64,000 nucleotides of DNA, from IMG/VR virus record IMGVR_UViG_3300045988_034366; one strand, 5' to 3'. Of the stretch, positions 9,441-18,904 are shown piece after piece. The notes beneath the pieces were generated by a model. It had not been told where the DNA came from, did no database searches, and saw only the letters and a program-made list of their open reading frames with translations. Both the position numbers and the translations under genes were made by a program. Position 1 is the first letter of the stretch, and the number at the start of each line of letters is the position of its first letter. The stretch comes from a virus.

Positions 9441-9759
9441 TAAAAAGGTTTAAGTTTCTCTTTCTCAATTGGCAGGTAAGGTCTGTACATATAGAACTCA
9501 TAAGATGAAACATTTGTTTTCTAAGTTCTCCTACTTCTTGTTCTAATCCTGAATTTCTCTTTAGTACCTCTTCCAGCCTTTCTCTATTATCTGATGACAG
9601 CTTCTCATAAAAGTCCAATGATTCTTTCATGTTGCTTATGAGATTGCTATCAACCTCACTATCATATTTCTTTCTTGCAAAGAACCATGATGTCCAGCCA
9701 CTAACTATAGTGGTAATAAGTCCAATGCACCCAGTGATTAGTATTCCTAAGTCAATCAT
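9382..9759 (-). CDS. membrane-anchored coiled-coil protein (holin/spanin-like)
   Basis: 125 aa with an N-terminal TM segment (LGILITGCIGLITTIVSGWTSWFF) followed by a coiled coil. The 3' end overlaps the next gene by 59 nt. Confidence 0.5.
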   Translation of the reverse strand: MIDLGILITGCIGLITTIVSGWTSWFFARKKYDSEVDSNLISNMKESLDFYEKLSSDNRERLEEVLKRNSGLEQEVGELRKQMFHLMSSICTDLTCQLRKRNLNLFNEHEISSGQKMEEAGLHHK

Positions 9760-9761
9760 GC

Positions 9762-10376
9762 TTATTTTACAATTTCTATGAATCTATGTTGCTTGTTCTC
9801 GATATAGGGGTTCTTCTCCACGACTTCTACTCTAACCACTTTATGCTTCTTTTGAAATAGTCTAAATAACCAACATTTCTTTGGAGGATTTATAGTTTCT
9901 TTCTTATAATTTACTATTACATATTTCTCACTAATAAACTTGGGAGTGGTAACAATGGTGCTAGGATATTTAAGTTCAAGTCCTATTTGATACCATTTAT
10001 CACCAAGTAATGTATCTATGTGCAGTGTAGGCTCTCTGAATATAGTATCTCTGAACTCAATTGTATCAGTCTTTGATGCTTCAGAGAGCATATATTGCAT
10101 AGCTTTTAGGTTCTTATCCTTTATCTCTAGCTCCTTCCTAACCCCATCCATCTTCTGTAAGATGGAATCATTATAGTAACTGAGCTGCTCTACTGTCAGT
10201 TGAAATACTCTAGCATCATTCTTCAATGATGAGTTTTCATCAGAATATGCCTTTATATTAGCAGCAGCAGTTGATAAGTCCTTTTTTAACTCTCTGTTAT
10301 TATGGATTAGTATAGAGATAGAGGCAATTAATATAGCCCCTATCCCTATGACTATCCAGTTCAGTATTTTATTCAT
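9762..10376 (-). CDS. membrane-anchored coiled-coil protein (spanin-like)
   Basis: 204 aa with an N-terminal TM segment (ILNWIVIGIGAILIASISILI) followed by a coiled coil. Confidence 0.5.
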   Translation of the reverse strand: MNKILNWIVIGIGAILIASISILIHNNRELKKDLSTAAANIKAYSDENSSLKNDARVFQLTVEQLSYYNDSILQKMDGVRKELEIKDKNLKAMQYMLSEASKTDTIEFRDTIFREPTLHIDTLLGDKWYQIGLELKYPSTIVTTPKFISEKYVIVNYKKETINPPKKCWLFRLFQKKHKVVRVEVVEKNPYIENKQHRFIEIVK

Positions 10377-10792
10377 TATTTTTCATCTGCAAAAGGTGGA
10401 GTATTACCATCTACGAATGGAGGTATTGTGCTCATAGTATGTGAATTATAATCATATAAAGTAATTAGGGCAATACTTGGTATGTCAGATATGCGTGTAG
10501 ATAAATCAAATAAAAAGTATTTATTTGACTCATCCTCTGTAGTTTCTATAGGATAGAGGGAATACTGGCCATCATAATCACCATCAAACCCTATTTCTGC
10601 AACTATAGTATCTTTAGAATTAGATGTCTTAGGTCTAATTACAGCTAAATATTTTTCAGTAGATGTGGGAGGCTCTATATTTGTGGTTTCACCGAAATCA
10701 CATGTATAATGAATCTCACTAGGAGAGAGGTTATTTAAATGGTGTTGTACCAGGCTGTGGGGTAGATGTAGTACTAGTAGTAGTAGCATCAT
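10376..10792 (-). CDS. hypothetical protein (start uncertain; overlaps upstream gene by 62 nt)
   Basis: 138-aa ORF. The first ~20 codons lie inside the Thr-rich linker of the upstream gene, in the +1 frame. Confidence 0.45.
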   Translation of the reverse strand: MMLLLLVLHLPHSLVQHHLNNLSPSEIHYTCDFGETTNIEPPTSTEKYLAVIRPKTSNSKDTIVAEIGFDGDYDGQYSLYPIETTEDESNKYFLFDLSTRISDIPSIALITLYDYNSHTMSTIPPFVDGNTPPFADEK

Positions 10793-11330
10793 ATTTATAG
10801 AGCTGTATATTCAGGTCAATAGTAGATAATGCAGCTGATGCACTATATTCAATAGTGCAGTCATTTCCATTATCTATGATGATATTTTGATTAATAGTAT
10901 CATCTCCCATTTTACCCAGTATTGCCACCCTAATGGCATCTACAGTATCATGTAAGTTTACTGATTGTACCCTTAATGAAAAAAATCCTCCTCTACTGTT
11001 AGGTAAAATTTCAAAGTATGTAGTTCCATTAGGCTCTATACTTTTGCTAACAGGTTCTGCTACTGAGGTAGTAGCAACAATATTTACCTTATCAGCTAGG
11101 GTACTACTTATTCTTACTCCAAATGGTGTTGTCGGTACTGTAGGTTCTGGGGTTGAAGAAGTAGTAGTTGTAGGAGGTACTACAGGCTTAGGAGTAGTAG
11201 TTGGTGATAAGGCTTGGGAATATATCTCTTCCCAGCCATTAGGCCCAAACCACTTTAGCTTCCCATTATAAAACCAAAGATGTTCCTTATTAGGTTCAAC
11301 ATTGCTTTCCACAATAGTTACATTTCTCAT
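10731..11330 (-). CDS. virion appendage protein with conserved N-terminal anchor module
   Basis: 199 aa. The N-terminus (EHLWFYNGKLKWFGPNGWEE) is paralogous to the N-terminus of the 441-aa upstream protein. Thr/Pro linkers lie after the anchor and at the extreme C-terminus. Confidence 0.6.
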   Translation of the reverse strand: MRNVTIVESNVEPNKEHLWFYNGKLKWFGPNGWEEIYSQALSPTTTPKPVVPPTTTTSSTPEPTVPTTPFGVRISSTLADKVNIVATTSVAEPVSKSIEPNGTTYFEILPNSRGGFFSLRVQSVNLHDTVDAIRVAILGKMGDDTINQNIIIDNGNDCTIEYSASAALSTIDLNIQLYKYDATTTSTTSTPQPGTTPFK

Positions 11331-12621
11331 AACTTATATTGTTTTTCATTGTTAATCTATATTGTGCTATAGGAAGGTACAGCATATTCTTCAAATCCAT
11401 GCACCTAATATCAATGTAGTCCTCATATACATCAACTATAGCACCTTCACTTTCCAAAGGTTTAGTTACTCTAGCACCTGATGTATTAGGCTGCCCATTG
11501 CTATCTATAGGACTTGCACATCCTGATACATGGACACAATAGCTGCCTTCCTGCTCATTCTGATAGACATTTTCTGTAGCTTGGTACTTTTGTAGATACC
11601 ATTTCCAATGGGAATGTCCACTGAACCATACAGTATTAGAATATGTCTTACAGAGATTTTCTAGTTTAGTTAGTTGTTCTCCCTGTAGCCAGTTTCCTTG
11701 TGGGTAAATCTTCAACAGATTTCCTGCTCTATCAGGGAAAAACAAATGGGTTATGACAAAGCATTTCTCTTCTTTATATGCTTCAAGTCTCTCTGCTAGC
11801 CATTTTATATCCTCATCCTTATAAGGTTTACCATCAGTGCCTAAGCTCCAATAGTACATACCTAAGAATAGGAAATGGAATGGGATGCCATCTACAGTAT
11901 GGGTAAACTCATATGTAGGCTCACATCCTGTATATTTCTTCCACCTCTCTACATTTAACCCAGATTGGGCATCATGATTACCTGGTGTAGCATATACTGG
12001 AGTATTGGGTGAACTCTCTTGCACATTCTTCTGATAAATGCTGAACCCTCTCTCAGAGGCACTATTGGTAAGGTCTCCTGATATGCAGGTAAATGATACT
12101 GACTGCTTATCATTGAAGAACTTTAATGCTCTCTGAATATCTTCTGTAGGCTCTGCTGACTCATCAGAGCTATTATGCACATCACTTAGTAAGCCAAACC
12201 TAAATAGTCTTTTACCATATTTAGGCTTGAATTGTCCTAACTCTATATGTCCTACCCTAACTCCCTTAGCATTATACACACCTATAGCATGAGCTGAATA
12301 GGGAGCTATGTTAAACTTTACAAGTTCATTATAAGTACTGGAGTTGGGCATTTGGCAAATCTCAGCCCAATTATCCAGCACTATTCCCTTATCATCCTCA
12401 TACTTTAAGAAATATGTATCTTGTGGTAAGCTACCACTCAAAGCTATTTTGTGTGTTTCAGCATCAATAGACCCTACTATATTATCTTCTAACATAGAGA
12501 AATACTTGAGGCTTTCCCACCCATTTGGACCATAATACTTAATCAGGCCATTATTTAGCCATAAGACATTTTTATCTAAAGGCTCATTACTTGACCAGAC
12601 TATGTCTCTAATTATTTTCAT
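11296..12621 (-). CDS. calcineurin-like metallophosphoesterase fused to a virion anchor module
   Basis: 441 aa. Ordered motifs: SDVHN, SGDLTN, PGNHD, ITHLF, SGHSHW. The N-terminus (NVLWLNNGLIKYYGPNGWES) is shared with the next gene. Confidence 0.7.
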   Translation of the reverse strand: MKIIRDIVWSSNEPLDKNVLWLNNGLIKYYGPNGWESLKYFSMLEDNIVGSIDAETHKIALSGSLPQDTYFLKYEDDKGIVLDNWAEICQMPNSSTYNELVKFNIAPYSAHAIGVYNAKGVRVGHIELGQFKPKYGKRLFRFGLLSDVHNSSDESAEPTEDIQRALKFFNDKQSVSFTCISGDLTNSASERGFSIYQKNVQESSPNTPVYATPGNHDAQSGLNVERWKKYTGCEPTYEFTHTVDGIPFHFLFLGMYYWSLGTDGKPYKDEDIKWLAERLEAYKEEKCFVITHLFFPDRAGNLLKIYPQGNWLQGEQLTKLENLCKTYSNTVWFSGHSHWKWYLQKYQATENVYQNEQEGSYCVHVSGCASPIDSNGQPNTSGARVTKPLESEGAIVDVYEDYIDIRCMDLKNMLYLPIAQYRLTMKNNISYEKCNYCGKQC

Positions 12622-15047
12622 TTTGTACTATTTGAGCTATTAGACCTGTTCTTAGCCTGCCTTAGACTAATCTTGTCTTTAAGCTGGTTATCTTCTCTAT
12701 GCTTGTCTTTATCAAATGCCAACTTCTCTCTGTCCAATTTGAGTCTTTCATCAAATTGTCTCATTTTCTCTAGGAGATTTGCTCTAGCTTCTTCACTAAA
12801 TTCAGGCTCTATGACACCATCTTCTTCACCTTCGCTGCTAGCATTGATTTGGGCAATGAGAATTTTAGTTTCATTATCTCTTTGGTTAAGAGCATCTTCT
12901 TGCTGCATCTTAGCTTGCTCCAATTGTGCTTTTTGCTCAATTTCTTGCTGCTGTATTTGAGCTTGCTGCTGTTGAGCTTGGGCTTGCCTCTCTTGGATAT
13001 TTCTCTCATCCTTTTCAACAAGTCTCTGCTTCTCAGCAAGTGAAGATGAACTAAACAGCTTCATAATAGTAGAGAAAGACAATGTTTGATTCTGTAGAGC
13101 TGCCTGTGCTAAGGTATCAAGTTTCTGATTAAGCTCTTGCATACCATTGCTGTTGTCTACCACAAGACCATAGTCAGCTTCTGCAAACTCATCTCCATCT
13201 ATGTCCACTATTCTCTGAGAGTTATCAGATAATATATAGGAGAATTTCTTACTTCTGCCTCTTAGTGCAATCTTTGCTGTCTCTAAGAAGCACTCTAATG
13301 CTCTCTTCTTTACATCCTCATGAACTACAAATAGCCACTCGGTAATATGAGAAGATTGTAATGTAGCTCTTTCTACTCCACCTACAGTCTCTCTATTACT
13401 TATTTGGCCTTCTCTTTGCTTGGTGATACCAGCAACTTCAGCCATTTCCATCTTGATAAATTCAAGGAGATTGATATACTGCTGTATCTGATTTCCATCG
13501 GAAGCTGCAATAACTCCAGTAGAGGCATTATTCAATGCTCCAGCAAGTTTGCCTGTAGCAGCACCTATATTACCTTCATTGAAGCTATCTTCAACTGCAA
13601 GACCCATTGTCTTTGCATAGTATAGCCACTTTTCTACATCCCATCCTTTAGGTTTCTTAGCAAAGTCAAGTCTAACCAATGACCCCCAGTTCCTAGCTAT
13701 CAACTTATTCAGTCTATCATGTATAGCATCATACAGATAATTGTATGGCTTCATCATATCTACTAAGCTGAAAGGTCTAGTATCATTAAGGTTATAGATA
13801 GAGCCAACTATCCCAAAGTGACACCTTGAAGGATTACTCAGTCTATTATACTGAACTATCCTTGGTCTCATATTGACATAAATGTCAGTACCTATTTTAG
13901 TTCCCTCCCATGCCTCGTTGATGTAGAATATCTGCTCTTCCTCTCCAGCATCCTTATCTATAACATAAGTTTCTGGGTAGAAGTTAAATACTTCTTCTCC
14001 AGTCTGAGGGTCATAGCTTCTTACTTTCTTAATCCTTCTTCTTGATTTCCAATATACTCTAAGTACTCTCAAGTTCCCAGCCATATCATAAGGTAAGAGA
14101 GAGTTATTTACTCCATCATAAGCACCCATAGGGTCCCAAAAGAAGCCTTCAGTACTCATCTCATCTCCTATCATATGATTATTGACAAAGCCATATCTTT
14201 CGTCAATGTTGTCCATTGAGTCTACAGCATCCTGTCCTACATGGTCAGGCATCTTTTCTATATACTCCATGTCCTTCTTTGTCAATACATCATAGAAAGT
14301 ATCAATTACTTGTGCAGGAGACCAATAGTCCTCAAGGACTATCATGTCAGCATCTTCTATTCTGTTGCTGTAGCCTCCTTTAAATATTCTTACCTTGAGT
14401 GGATTGAGTTTCTTAATGATGGGTTCTCCGCCAACTATGTCACATTGGTAGATTTCTTCACCAACTGCCATAGCATCCATGAACCCTTGGTTAAACATAA
14501 GAGGGATATTATACTCCTTAATGTAATGATTAAGAAGGGCATTAGCCCTAATCTCCCTCATATCTTGCCACTCATAGGTATAATAGTCATTTATTCTTTC
14601 AAGCTCTTGGTTTGCCTCTTCTTCAGATTGGGCAGTATTTGATACCCATTCCTGTAATCTTTGCAGTAGTTCTTGCTTCTTATTGTTCTCAATCTCTGTA
14701 ATAGCATTAGGATTGGTTACTACAACCTTAAAGTCAAATACTCTTTTACTTTCCTCACCACTTAACACTCTTAACTTGCTATTGATGATAGGATAGTGCT
14801 GTATTCTATCAGGAATAAATCCTGCTTGTAGATTATCAGGATTCAGTATCATCTCAAGGTCACTCATGTGGAGTTTACCATTGAGTAAGTCATAGTTTAT
14901 TTTCTTATGGATTACAGATTTTCTGACTAAACTATAATTGAAGAAGGTCTTACTGTCTGCCCAATCCAAGTGCTTCTTCCTCCAAGCCTTATTTTTCTTA
15001 CTAAAGGGGAGTTGCTGTGGAGGCAAATTTATCATTTCATATCCCAT
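12618..15047 (-). CDS. portal protein candidate
   Basis: 809 aa counted from ATG 15047. The track start at 15098 lies inside the promoter -7 box and was trimmed. Directly downstream of TerL. Gln/Glu-rich coiled-coil C-terminus. Called by size and synteny. Confidence 0.65.
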   Translation of the reverse strand: MGYEMINLPPQQLPFSKKNKAWRKKHLDWADSKTFFNYSLVRKSVIHKKINYDLLNGKLHMSDLEMILNPDNLQAGFIPDRIQHYPIINSKLRVLSGEESKRVFDFKVVVTNPNAITEIENNKKQELLQRLQEWVSNTAQSEEEANQELERINDYYTYEWQDMREIRANALLNHYIKEYNIPLMFNQGFMDAMAVGEEIYQCDIVGGEPIIKKLNPLKVRIFKGGYSNRIEDADMIVLEDYWSPAQVIDTFYDVLTKKDMEYIEKMPDHVGQDAVDSMDNIDERYGFVNNHMIGDEMSTEGFFWDPMGAYDGVNNSLLPYDMAGNLRVLRVYWKSRRRIKKVRSYDPQTGEEVFNFYPETYVIDKDAGEEEQIFYINEAWEGTKIGTDIYVNMRPRIVQYNRLSNPSRCHFGIVGSIYNLNDTRPFSLVDMMKPYNYLYDAIHDRLNKLIARNWGSLVRLDFAKKPKGWDVEKWLYYAKTMGLAVEDSFNEGNIGAATGKLAGALNNASTGVIAASDGNQIQQYINLLEFIKMEMAEVAGITKQREGQISNRETVGGVERATLQSSHITEWLFVVHEDVKKRALECFLETAKIALRGRSKKFSYILSDNSQRIVDIDGDEFAEADYGLVVDNSNGMQELNQKLDTLAQAALQNQTLSFSTIMKLFSSSSLAEKQRLVEKDERNIQERQAQAQQQQAQIQQQEIEQKAQLEQAKMQQEDALNQRDNETKILIAQINASSEGEEDGVIEPEFSEEARANLLEKMRQFDERLKLDREKLAFDKDKHREDNQLKDKISLRQAKNRSNSSNSTK

Positions 15048-15065
15048 ATTCTTCAATATATTTGT

Positions 15066-15101
15066 TGTGCAAAGGTAACTAAAATAGTTAATCTGCACAA
15101 G
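15066..15101 (-). promoter_or_regulatory. Bacteroidota-type promoter (-7 TACCTTTG, -33 CTTG, 20-nt spacer)
   Basis: The reverse complement of 15070-15077 is TACCTTTG, upstream of ATG 15047. Confidence 0.55.
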
Positions 15102-15145
15102 ACTATAAATGATTTACTAAGCAATACGCCCTATTTTTACTAAAT

Positions 15146-17446
15146 TTACTGCCTGAATCTAGAATCATAGTTTCTCTTGAAGAATGGGTCATTCCCATCA
15201 TAGCTACTATTAGCTTTTTCTTGCTTCTCTTTGCTAACATCTCCCTGATACCTTATCATTCTATCTTCTCTTAGGAGCATCAGCATACCCATAGCAGATA
15301 TTCTATCAAAGTTGCCTTCAGAGTTATAATTGATAAGCTCTTTAAGTAATGCTCTATTCCTCACAGTAAATAGCCTAGGTACTAGTACTTCTTTCTCCTC
15401 CCCATCAATAGTCTGCATAATAGGAACTGGAGATAATAGCCAGCTTCTTAATCTGCTTCTTGCATAGGCATTGATGGCAGGAGAGGCATTAGTACCCTTT
15501 GATTTATTACCATAGCCTTCCTTCATCATTTGCTTTTCTTTCAAGAAATCTAATACATCAGTAAGTAGGTATAAACTATTCCTTGTAGAGAAGTGGGAAA
15601 ATAGACCTTTCTTGTTATACTCATAATTTAGCCTGCCATTGTAAAATAAGCACAGCTTTCTACAAATCTCATAATAGTCATCTGCATAGAGAGGTCTTCC
15701 AGTGTATTCAGCCACTATCCTATCTGTCCATAAGTCTAATACAAAAATTGAACCCAAAGACATAGTATTTGACTCATCATCATCATAAGGGTCAGCTCCT
15801 AATATATATCTATCATTAAATGGTTTGCCTGTATTCTTATCAATCTTAGGCATTTGGTATATCTCAATAGCACCCTCAATCTTATTATCCTTATGGGGAA
15901 AGTCTCTGATAGGCTGTGCAGAAGTAGGCTTATATTCTATCTGACCTTCTTTGTTAAATACTAAATCTCCAACATAGACATCATCATACTCTGTAGGATT
16001 AGCATCTAATTGACCTAATCTTTCAGTCAAGTCAGCTACAGGGAACATATTTACACCTGTTTTGACAATAGCCTCAGCAGGGGTAATAGGGACTTCAGCA
16101 ATAGTCTTAATGATAGTATTAGGGTCAGTAGAGTTATACTTTACCCTATATCTATTCATAAGAATCTCAATAAGAGCTTTGATTACATCAGATACACCAT
16201 CCTCATTATAGCATCCTTTTCTATTTACATAGCCAGGGAAAAAGAAAACAAAGTAAGGTTTACCTTGATTAAATTTATCATATACATTAGGTATGGCATA
16301 CATATTATAACCCTTTGGGTTATACATAATTTCCTGAGCACCAGCAAAGTCTGATTCATTATCACCAGCAGTACCCAACATATAGATTTGACCAAAGACA
16401 ATATCACCTTCCTGTACTGAAGGCAGCAATACATTATATAGGTCTACAAGTCTTGGAAATGTACCAAACTCTTCAATAAGGATTTTGGCAGCTCTCTTAC
16501 CTCTCAACTTAGATTCATCATCCTTAGATGATACACCAAGTACTGTATTCTGAGTACCCCTTTCAATGTCCAACTCTACATCCTTATACCCCATTATCCA
16601 TGTCATTTCCTGCAAAGAGTTCTTTAATCTCTTTCTTGGAAACTGGGTATTAGTTGCACAGAAATTAGCCATATCTACAAACTTATTAAGAACACCATCC
16701 TTAGTAAGGTACTCCTTCTGATAGGCAGTTACTATACCTTTTACCTTATCATGTGCTTCCTCATTCTCACCTACCACAAAGATATGGTTAAGAATAGAAG
16801 CAAGACTATATGACTTACCTTTACCTCTGGAGGCAAGTTCTGCCATGTGTTGCCCACCATCAAAGTTATTATATAGACCTCCATTAGATGCTTGGTCTAG
16901 ACAATGGAATCTCCAGTAGATGCCTTCCCAACATTCAGGAAGTGCTTCTATTCTATCAGCTCTTTTGGACTTTCTCTTTTTACCATTCTTATCCTTATAC
17001 TCTCTAATCTTAGAGAGCATCATAGGAGAGTAATTAAGAAACCAGTACATATAACCTGTAACCCATTCCCCATCGCTTTCCCTCACATAGCCTTCCCAGA
17101 TTCTTCTTCTCTCCTCTCTTATCCACTTGCCATATTCACTATTAGGATTAGCATTAGGTCTGAGGTTAGTAAATGTACCATATTTCTCATAATGTAGAGC
17201 AGATGGTCTGAAATAGTCCATATTCTCAAGTATGTGAGGATTAGCTAAGTCCACAATGATTCTACCTCTATCATCTCTTGGTCTATCCTTAGCATGCTCT
17301 CTTGTAGGACTTATTAGCCTTTTGACAAATTCTACATTATTTATAATATCAAACAATTGGTCCTGAACCTCCTGAGGAAGGCTATTAACCAATTCCTCAG
17401 TCAGCTCAGTCTGATATTCATTCATTGGTATCTTCTGAAACTCCAT
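15146..17446 (-). CDS. terL: terminase large subunit
   Basis: 766 aa. Has a Walker A-like ASRGKGKS and a Walker B-like KILIEEFG, plus a large C-terminal domain of nuclease size. Lies immediately upstream of the portal-size gene. Confidence 0.75.
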   Translation of the reverse strand: MEFQKIPMNEYQTELTEELVNSLPQEVQDQLFDIINNVEFVKRLISPTREHAKDRPRDDRGRIIVDLANPHILENMDYFRPSALHYEKYGTFTNLRPNANPNSEYGKWIREERRRIWEGYVRESDGEWVTGYMYWFLNYSPMMLSKIREYKDKNGKKRKSKRADRIEALPECWEGIYWRFHCLDQASNGGLYNNFDGGQHMAELASRGKGKSYSLASILNHIFVVGENEEAHDKVKGIVTAYQKEYLTKDGVLNKFVDMANFCATNTQFPRKRLKNSLQEMTWIMGYKDVELDIERGTQNTVLGVSSKDDESKLRGKRAAKILIEEFGTFPRLVDLYNVLLPSVQEGDIVFGQIYMLGTAGDNESDFAGAQEIMYNPKGYNMYAIPNVYDKFNQGKPYFVFFFPGYVNRKGCYNEDGVSDVIKALIEILMNRYRVKYNSTDPNTIIKTIAEVPITPAEAIVKTGVNMFPVADLTERLGQLDANPTEYDDVYVGDLVFNKEGQIEYKPTSAQPIRDFPHKDNKIEGAIEIYQMPKIDKNTGKPFNDRYILGADPYDDDESNTMSLGSIFVLDLWTDRIVAEYTGRPLYADDYYEICRKLCLFYNGRLNYEYNKKGLFSHFSTRNSLYLLTDVLDFLKEKQMMKEGYGNKSKGTNASPAINAYARSRLRSWLLSPVPIMQTIDGEEKEVLVPRLFTVRNRALLKELINYNSEGNFDRISAMGMLMLLREDRMIRYQGDVSKEKQEKANSSYDGNDPFFKRNYDSRFRQ

Positions 17447-17771
17447 TATATTCTCCCTTTATAACTGCTTCATAAAAATCAGAGCCTATCCAATTAAATA
17501 TAAGATGACATAATTCAGTATTTATATACTGTTGCATAGACTCCTCTTGCCCTTCTAGTACTTTAGCAGAATGGCTAAGTGAAATAACTATATGCCTATT
17601 CTTTCCTTTGACAAACCATAGGACAGCCTTATATGTTTTATAGACTTTGAAAGTAGGATGAGGTTCTACTACTCTTTGCAATACTAAGTGCCCTTTAGAT
17701 GAAATATCTCTCTCACTTCTCCTATCTTCAATATGCCTATTAAGTCCTTCTACTATATCTTCAGCTCTCAT
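17418..17771 (-). CDS. hypothetical protein
   Basis: 117-aa ORF, coupled at both ends to neighbouring genes. Confidence 0.55.
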   Translation of the reverse strand: MRAEDIVEGLNRHIEDRRSERDISSKGHLVLQRVVEPHPTFKVYKTYKAVLWFVKGKNRHIVISLSHSAKVLEGQEESMQQYINTELCHLIFNWIGSDFYEAVIKGEYNGVSEDTNE

Positions 17772-18316
17772 ACGTAATCCATGAAATAAATGTTGGTACT
17801 ATCCTTCTTTAGTATATCATTGATAATAGGATTATGCTTCTTTGCCCATCTCTTAATGGTAGAGAAGAAATTAAACCTCTTGATATTGTCCCAAAAAGAT
17901 ACTCCTGATAACCAAGGAGTATAGGTATAATCAAATATATGTAGGTCTCTGTCAAGTATGACCTTCCACCCACTCTTTATACAAGCAAAAGAAAGAGCTA
18001 GGCATGAAGCACTCTTCAATACCTCTTCTCTGAATAGGTCTTCACTACCTTCTCTTTCAAGTATAATCCTAACTTTATATACTGAGAATATATTAACTAT
18101 CTCTCCTATACTCTTAAATGTAAGGTCAAAATCTACCAACCCATGACATACTCTCCATACATCTCCATCTCTTCTTACTCTTACATCAAAGTAGGTTACT
18201 CCTATTTCTTTCTGCTGTGCTATACTCTTTACTTGAGTCCTCCATAGGAAAGAGAACCATTCAAATAACTTCTTCCTAGCTGGCAAGAATGTATAGCTAT
18301 CATGTGTCCCAATCAT
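17768..18316 (-). CDS. PI-PLC X-domain-like phosphodiesterase
   Basis: 182 aa. The ordered motifs IGTHDS, YFDVRV and CHGLV resemble the catalytic His/Arg/His framework of bacterial PI-PLC X domains. Confidence 0.5.
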   Translation of the reverse strand: MIGTHDSYTFLPARKKLFEWFSFLWRTQVKSIAQQKEIGVTYFDVRVRRDGDVWRVCHGLVDFDLTFKSIGEIVNIFSVYKVRIILEREGSEDLFREEVLKSASCLALSFACIKSGWKVILDRDLHIFDYTYTPWLSGVSFWDNIKRFNFFSTIKRWAKKHNPIINDILKKDSTNIYFMDYV

Positions 18317-18852
18317 AATGTCAAATCATCTTCAAAGATTGTCTTTTCTCCAGAACCTCTCATCTTACCTGAACTCTTCATTTCAGAGTTAAGTGCTTTT
18401 TCAGCTTCATCTAAATCCTTTACAAGAGGAGGTATTTGCTTTATAAGAGCACCTACTTCCTTCAAGTCCTTAATCTCTAGGTCATCAAACTCTTGAGCCT
18501 TTAATCTCTTTCTATATTTATCAACCATAAATCTCGTGTCTTCAAGGAGTAAAGCAGATATAGGCTTGAATGACATATAGAAATCCATAGCCTCTGTGAC
18601 TATTCTGTCAGGCTGCCATTTAGGAGGTAGTCCTTCTCCCTCTTTAATAGCTTCCATTCTCTCCTTTTCATCTACAAGATATTGGTAATCACTTCTAGGG
18701 TCACAGAAAAAGTAAATGAACCCTAATTCCATTATAGCTTTATCCTTATTAACAGTCCTGTCTCTTTGCCATATCTGTCTAAAAGGCTTCAAAGCAAAGG
18801 CTTCTTCTGATATGACTATTTTATATCCTTCGTATCTAAACAGCTTAAGCAT
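18313..18852 (-). CDS. hypothetical protein
   Basis: 179-aa ORF. First gene after the strong terminator at 18862-18900. Confidence 0.6.
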   Translation of the reverse strand: MLKLFRYEGYKIVISEEAFALKPFRQIWQRDRTVNKDKAIMELGFIYFFCDPRSDYQYLVDEKERMEAIKEGEGLPPKWQPDRIVTEAMDFYMSFKPISALLLEDTRFMVDKYRKRLKAQEFDDLEIKDLKEVGALIKQIPPLVKDLDEAEKALNSEMKSSGKMRGSGEKTIFEDDLTL

Positions 18853-18861
18853 AAATTTGGT

Positions 18862-18900
18862 AAAAAAAAAAGAGTAATCAGATATTCCTGATTACTCTTT
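18862..18900 (-). terminator. intrinsic terminator (bidirectional architecture)
   Basis: Perfect 11-bp stem (AGAGTAATCAG/CTGATTACTCT). It has an A10 run upstream on the plus strand, which is U10 downstream on the minus-strand RNA. Confidence 0.85.
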
Positions 18901-18904
18901 TGAG

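Noticed and set aside
15048-15098. N-terminal extensions of track ORFs: portal start 15098, Dps-like gene start 21713, 24600 gene start 25052, 20793 gene extended to 21110
   Set aside because: The extensions start at non-ATG codons or overlap promoter -7 boxes or tRNA genes. The ORFs were trimmed to the first plausible ATG.
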